64,000 nucleotides of DNA. It comes from Pseudomonadota bacterium (GTDB lineage: Bacteria; Pseudomonadota; Alphaproteobacteria; UBA8366). This document shows, piece after piece, positions 63,180 to 64,000 of this stretch. Made by a program: the position numbers and the translations under genes. Position 1 is the first letter of the stretch. Every line of letters starts with the position of its first letter. Where the stretch lies: the NCBI GenBank assembly GCA_036339585.1, contig JAYZAS010000004.1:254773-318772 (forward strand), read 5' to 3'. The notes under the pieces were generated by a model. That model saw only the letters and a list, made by a program, of their open reading frames with translations. It was not told the DNA's origin and made no database searches.

Positions 63180-64000
63180 TCAAAGGGACCTGCTTATTTC
63201 CTCGACCTCGTAGCACTCGACTATATCGCCTTCCTTAAGGTCATCATAGCTCTCAAAGGCCATACCACATTCATAGCCTTGCTGAACTTCACGCACGTCT
63301 TCCTTAAAACGGCGAAGCGTTTTTAGGCTTCCTTCGTGTATAACCACATTATCGCGAAGTAGTCGCACCCTAGCCCCACGCTTAACCTCACCTTCAGTGA
63401 TCATACATCCGCCAATCTTACCGACCTTGGAAATGCCAAAGATCTGCCGTATTTCAGCATATCCAAGCTGCTTTTCTCGTTTTTCCGGAGCCAACAAGCC
63501 ACTAAGCAACTGTTTCATATCATCAATGACATCATAGATTATTGAATAATAGCGAATGTCAACGTTATCGCGCTTTGCTAATTCACGGGCCTGAGGGTTG
63601 GCGCGCACATTAAATCCGATGATGATCCCTTCCGACGCACGGGCGAGTATGACATCAGATTCTGTTATACCACCAACACCACTGTGCAACAGATGAACCT
63701 TAACTTCATCTGTTTCGAATTTTTGCAATGAGCTTTTTATTGCCTCAAGTGATCCTTGCACGTCAGTCTTGATCAGTATTGCCAATTCACCACTTTCACC
63801 GGTTTTGATCTTGTCAAACATCTGCTCCAATGTACCGCGTGTTCCAGCGGCCATTGCGGTTTGCCTTAACTGACGAGTTCTATATTCTGCAATCTCACGG
63901 GCTCTCGCCTCGTCCCCAACCACATGAATAATATCACCTGCCGATGGTGTCCCTTGCAGCCCCAAAACTTCTACGGGGTAAGCTGGACCCGCGTTCTCAA
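63180..64000 (-). CDS. infB: Translation initiation factor IF-2, C-terminal part; the N-terminus lies beyond the right window edge
   Basis: The frame is open to the window edge. It contains LAILIKTDVQGSLEAI, VGGITESDVILA, IIGFNVRA and the C-terminal GYECGMAFESYDDLKEGDIVECYE, the IF-2 C-terminal domains. Confidence 0.95.
   Translation of the reverse strand, partial: ENAGPAYPVEVLGLQGTPSAGDIIHVVGDEARAREIAEYRTRQLRQTAMAAGTRGTLEQMFDKIKTGESGELAILIKTDVQGSLEAIKSSLQKFETDEVKVHLLHSGVGGITESDVILARASEGIIIGFNVRANPQARELAKRDNVDIRYYSIIYDVIDDMKQLLSGLLAPEKREKQLGYAEIRQIFGISKVGKIGGCMITEGEVKRGARVRLLRDNVVIHEGSLKTLRRFKEDVREVQQGYECGMAFESYDDLKEGDIVECYEVEEISRSL

Overview
This is an alphaproteobacterial core chromosome segment. 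The assignment rests on chvI-chvG, regA-regB, alpha-type addB and the tsaE-kinase-nucleotidyltransferase-addB synteny. The segment is centred on the rpsT-dnaA-dnaN-recF-gyrB cluster. I can support about 60 protein-coding genes, one tRNA-Arg(CCG), two multi-lesion pseudogenes and a few weak regulatory signals. I saw no rRNA, CRISPR array, transposase, integrase or phage gene. Content from left to right: addB (partial); a murU/amgK-like pair; tsaE; ahcY; rapZ; chvG-chvI; SCO1; pckA; a lipoprotein, NHase-beta-like and GST trio; polA; a small zf-CHCC gene; an ABC ATPase with a hydrolase; tRNA-Arg; a methyltransferase; hldE; regA-regB; an ABC-2 exporter; cobalamin late-step genes (cobT, cobS, cobC-like, cbiB, cobB) interleaved with unrelated genes; ycgN; an M48 peptidase; a class A PBP; pabB-pabC; moeB/thiF; cysK (pseudogene); rrf2 (pseudogene); dut; coaBC; ubiB; ubiE; mutM; enoyl-CoA hydratase; rpsT; dnaA; dnaN; recF; gyrB; fabA-fabB-fabI; and pnp-rpsO-truB-rbfA-infB (partial). 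I did not find a convincing novel multi-gene system. The most interesting observations are these. (1) An Rrf2 regulator and the adjacent cysK each carry several frameshifts and in-frame stops, while a tightly linked MoeB/ThiF-like gene is intact. (2) rapZ is flanked by two ORF-free gaps of about 450 nt, where alphaproteobacterial synteny predicts hprK and EIIA/NPr, and the downstream gap holds a weak HPr-like trace. (3) An uncharacterised 298-aa protein is divergently paired with cbiB inside the cobalamin cluster, next to an Avd-like four-helix-bundle protein and an ankyrin-repeat protein. (4) Two real genes are missing from the supplied ORF track: addB, which has no stop in the window, and a 58-codon zinc-finger gene. 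All family calls come from reading translated motifs. No database search, GC calculation or RNA folding was run.
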